Shown in pieces: positions 61,079-64,000 of a stretch of 64,000 bases of DNA. Origin of the DNA: Anthoceros angustus (lineage: Eukaryota > Plantae > Anthocerotophyta); the NCBI GenBank assembly GCA_010909165.1, contig MU008165.1:372001-436000 (forward strand). Reading direction: 5' to 3'. The notes below the pieces were generated by a model that searched no databases, was not told the DNA's origin, and was given only the letters and a program-made list of their open reading frames with translations. The position numbers and the translations under genes are program-made. How positions within the stretch are numbered: the stretch's first letter is position 1; each line of letters begins with the position of its first letter.

Positions 61079-64000
61079 ATGATGGAGAGGTTAAAAGCAA
61101 GCATTCCTCCCGAATTAGCCCGGCTAATCGGGAACAGCACTACTGCAGACTTGCCCTTCACGTGCTCAGCACTTGTTTCCCATCTGACAGACCAGACTTT
61201 CTTTCCTCATGTGCGTCTTGGTCGATGGCAAACCGAAAATCCCTTCGTTTTCACACTAGCAGGTATGTGAGACACAGATTGGCATCTTCTGAGGCCATAC
61301 CTTGGTGGGTGGGTGGATGCAGCTGCTAGACCAGTTGGTGGATTCGGGTATTGCAACCTCGTCCAAGGATGAGAGTGTTGCTGCGGATTGGAAAAGGGAT
61401 GGTAACACTGCTTTTGTGGGTTCAGACTTTCAGAAGGCTTTATCGTGTTACAGCAAGGTTGGAAAATGATCTGCAGTACTTGTTTTACAGTCTTTTACGA
61501 TTTGTACTCATGGCTGGATATTGCTGGTTGCTCAGGCCCTCCGATTCTGTCCTTTGGGTTCGGAAGCCCAGCATGCACACACAGTTGCAACGATTCTAGT
61601 GAATCGAGCTGCCTGCCTGCATGTTAGTATCAGAGCTCACACCGTGTTCATAGCCTTGTTCTCTGATACGATGCTTGAGTGTGATCTGATGCTTTGATTT
61701 GTTTTGTGAAGAAACTAGGTTTCCTGGATGCTGCTGGACGGGACTGCAGTCGTGCTGTTGAGCTCTGGGCCTCATATTCCAAGGTATCGCTCGTTCATTT
61801 CAAAATGTCTAGAAAATAGTGTATTGTCGGCACAGCTGGTGAATACATGGGAGACAATGCTGTTAATGTACTGTTCTAAATGAGTTCCAATGGCTGTGAA
61901 GGCTTGGTACAGGAGAAGCCTGGTCAGGTCAGAGCAAGGAAGGATCCACGAGGCTATCTCTGACATGGAAAAGGCCTTGTCCTTGGAAAGCTCAACTGGT
62001 GGCAGGAAACAAGCTGAGAGACAACTTGAATCATTTCAGACAAGGCACCAGACATGCAGAGAAGCTCTGCTTGGCATAAAGAGTAGTACAGGTTTGTGGG
62101 TAGAGTTTGTACACTACATTTTGTGCAACATCAATGATCTAGGTTGAGGTTGTTTTCACAGCCACTTACTCTTGCTCTAAACAGATGCCAGAGAAATGCG
62201 GCAAGTATGCCCCAGCCTGGCTGAAACAATGTGGACAGTAGACAGAGGTGGTGGTTTGAGGACTACAGAAGACCTTAGTCCTGGAAGCTTGATTGTGACG
62301 GAAGACCCTTATGCTGCTGTAAGTCTCTAGGCTTTCCAGGGAACGAATTGTCGAGCAAGCCAATGCAGGGTTTATCTAATCCACTTAACATCATCTGCAG
62401 GTGCTGCTGAAATTGCATCGGGACACTTATTGTCACTTCTGCTTTCAAAAGTTGCCAGTAGGTGAAGTGGCATGTGACGGCTGCACTGTCAGTGTGTACT
62501 GTTCTGAAACATGCCGTGACAGTGCAGCTGGAAGCTCTTGGACAGCTGAAGATATAGAACGTGCTACCAATAGCAATTGGACTGCCAGGATCCAACGGGA
62601 TTCTTGCCATTCAAGTGGCCCTTGTAGTAATGACGAGCCCTTCTCAGAACAGACTGCTCACAGGGTTGAAGTTGCAATCAAGAAAGCACTTCATGGTCAA
62701 CACAGACATGAATGTGGAGGTGCAAGCTGGTCTGCAGTGCTGCCGATTGAAGCTGTATTGGCTGCCAGAGTTTATATGAGGTCACAGCATTCAGACTTCG
62801 TTCAGTCTAGGGATGGGCAGAGTGTAACAAGTAGGAATGACCTGGAGTACGGCAAAGCAGCATATGCCAGAGGTGTCTCATATTCAGCTAACTCAACGTG
62901 TCCCTGGATATTGGTTTCTTGTTGCAGATAGGTGTATTCCCATTTCAGCCCCCTTCTTGCTGTGCTGCAGCTTTGACATCGATGTGACATAAAAGTGTTG
63001 TGTTGTTGATGTCTGCAGCCAAGAAACTTGTGCCATCACTTCGATAAAGTGCCCTCTTCAGAGAAATTGGAGATGCATGTACTATCTACAGTTCTTGCTC
63101 ATTGTTTGCAGCACTGCCCATTGTCTTGCATGATCACAGGCACCACAGCAGATCTATCCGTTGAAGTAAGTGGTAACAACTAAGCAAAGTGTGGATTTGG
63201 GGATGTTTTGGTCATCTGTGCTCACGCTAAAAATCTTGGTACTTACGTAGAGCTAAAATTGTTTTTAGCTTATCTTGATAATGGCTCAACTGCGAGCCAA
63301 CTCGATAGCTATCAATGAAGTCACATCAGTCACCAGCGATGTGGGTGCAGCCGGGAGTGCTGTATGCACTGTTGACCAGGTAACCGCTCCCACCTCATCT
63401 TCAAGAACTTGTTGTTTACTATCCGAGTGTCTTATATGTCTGTGTTTCATGCAGAATAATATTGCTCAGGCAGTTTATATCAACGGGAGCATGCTGAACC
63501 ATTCCTGTGATCCCAATTGTCATGCCTCCTTCACTTCGTGCCGTCTCTTCATCCACGCTACCAAGAGCATCCCAGCGTTTACTGAGCTGGAGATCTGTTA
63601 TGGGGCACAGGTGTGGAGCAATGCCTGAATCCTTGATATGTCACATACATGTATGGTATGCCAGATAGATGGGATCCTAATGCAGTGGGTGGTTTGGCAG
63701 GTGGGTGAAATGGCTAGATCAAAAAGACAGAAGTGGCTGAAGGAACGCTACTCCTTCACTTGTACTTGCATAGCTTGCTCTACCTCAAGTTTTTCCGACA
63801 CAGTCATCAATGCTCTGCTCTGCCCCAAGCCTGGGTGCTCTGGTGTAGTTATTGGTCCTGATGTTGATGACATGGGTTTGGAATTGAACCATAAGCCATT
63901 TCGATGCCTCAGCTGTACGTTAGTGGTCGACCGAAATAGGATTCACGGTCTGGCAAGGGAACACTTTCAAGTGTTTCTCAGGTTTTCATTCTCCCTTACC
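61079..64000 (+). CDS. SDG41: TPR-SET-MYND protein (SMYD4/SDG41-like lysine methyltransferase); runs off the window end
   Basis: TPR motifs (GNTAFVGSDFQKALSCYSK, LVNRAACLH, AWYRRSL), MYND (CHFCFQKLP..EVACDGCTVSVYCSETC), SET (INGSMLNHSCDPNC, LEICYG) and post-SET (LKERYSFTCTCIAC). Confidence 0.85.

Overview
Eukaryotic plant nuclear DNA. Short 70-150 nt spliceosomal introns, PLS-class PPR genes with extended L motifs and a TORNADO1-like ROCO gene suggest a seed-free land plant (fern- or hornwort-like); the species cannot be determined from the sequence. About 12 intron-containing host genes are present: a malectin-like LRR-RLK (partial), LPA1, an E+ PPR, a MAGL/CSE-like hydrolase, a TRN1-like ROCO, NOC2, two RING-Cys-relay-like E3s, a DUF4228/PADRE gene, GUCD1/GC1, UVH1/XPF and an SDG41/SMYD-like gene (partial). 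There is also a nested transposon block at about 29.3-40.0 kb containing a full-length Ty1/copia element. Top hit: two tandem genes (40.9-42.6 kb and 44.2-46.9 kb) encode the C-terminal module of animal MYCBP2/Highwire/RPM-1, namely the pre-RING Zn finger, RING-H2 and tandem-cysteine domain, with both catalytic cysteines and the Glu/His residues intact. This RING-Cys-relay (RCR) E3 class is characterised only in animal PHR proteins. The second copy fuses an RBR-type RING1-IBR and a SAP-like domain to it; the first copy has lost RING1-IBR in frame. Other notable items: the copia carries an extra sense ORF before gag and a spliced antisense ORF; a 17-bp duplication splits a long PADRE gene; there are two GC-AG introns; and a 10.7-kb block is bracketed by candidate TIRs. 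Protein family assignments come from recalled motifs, not database searches.
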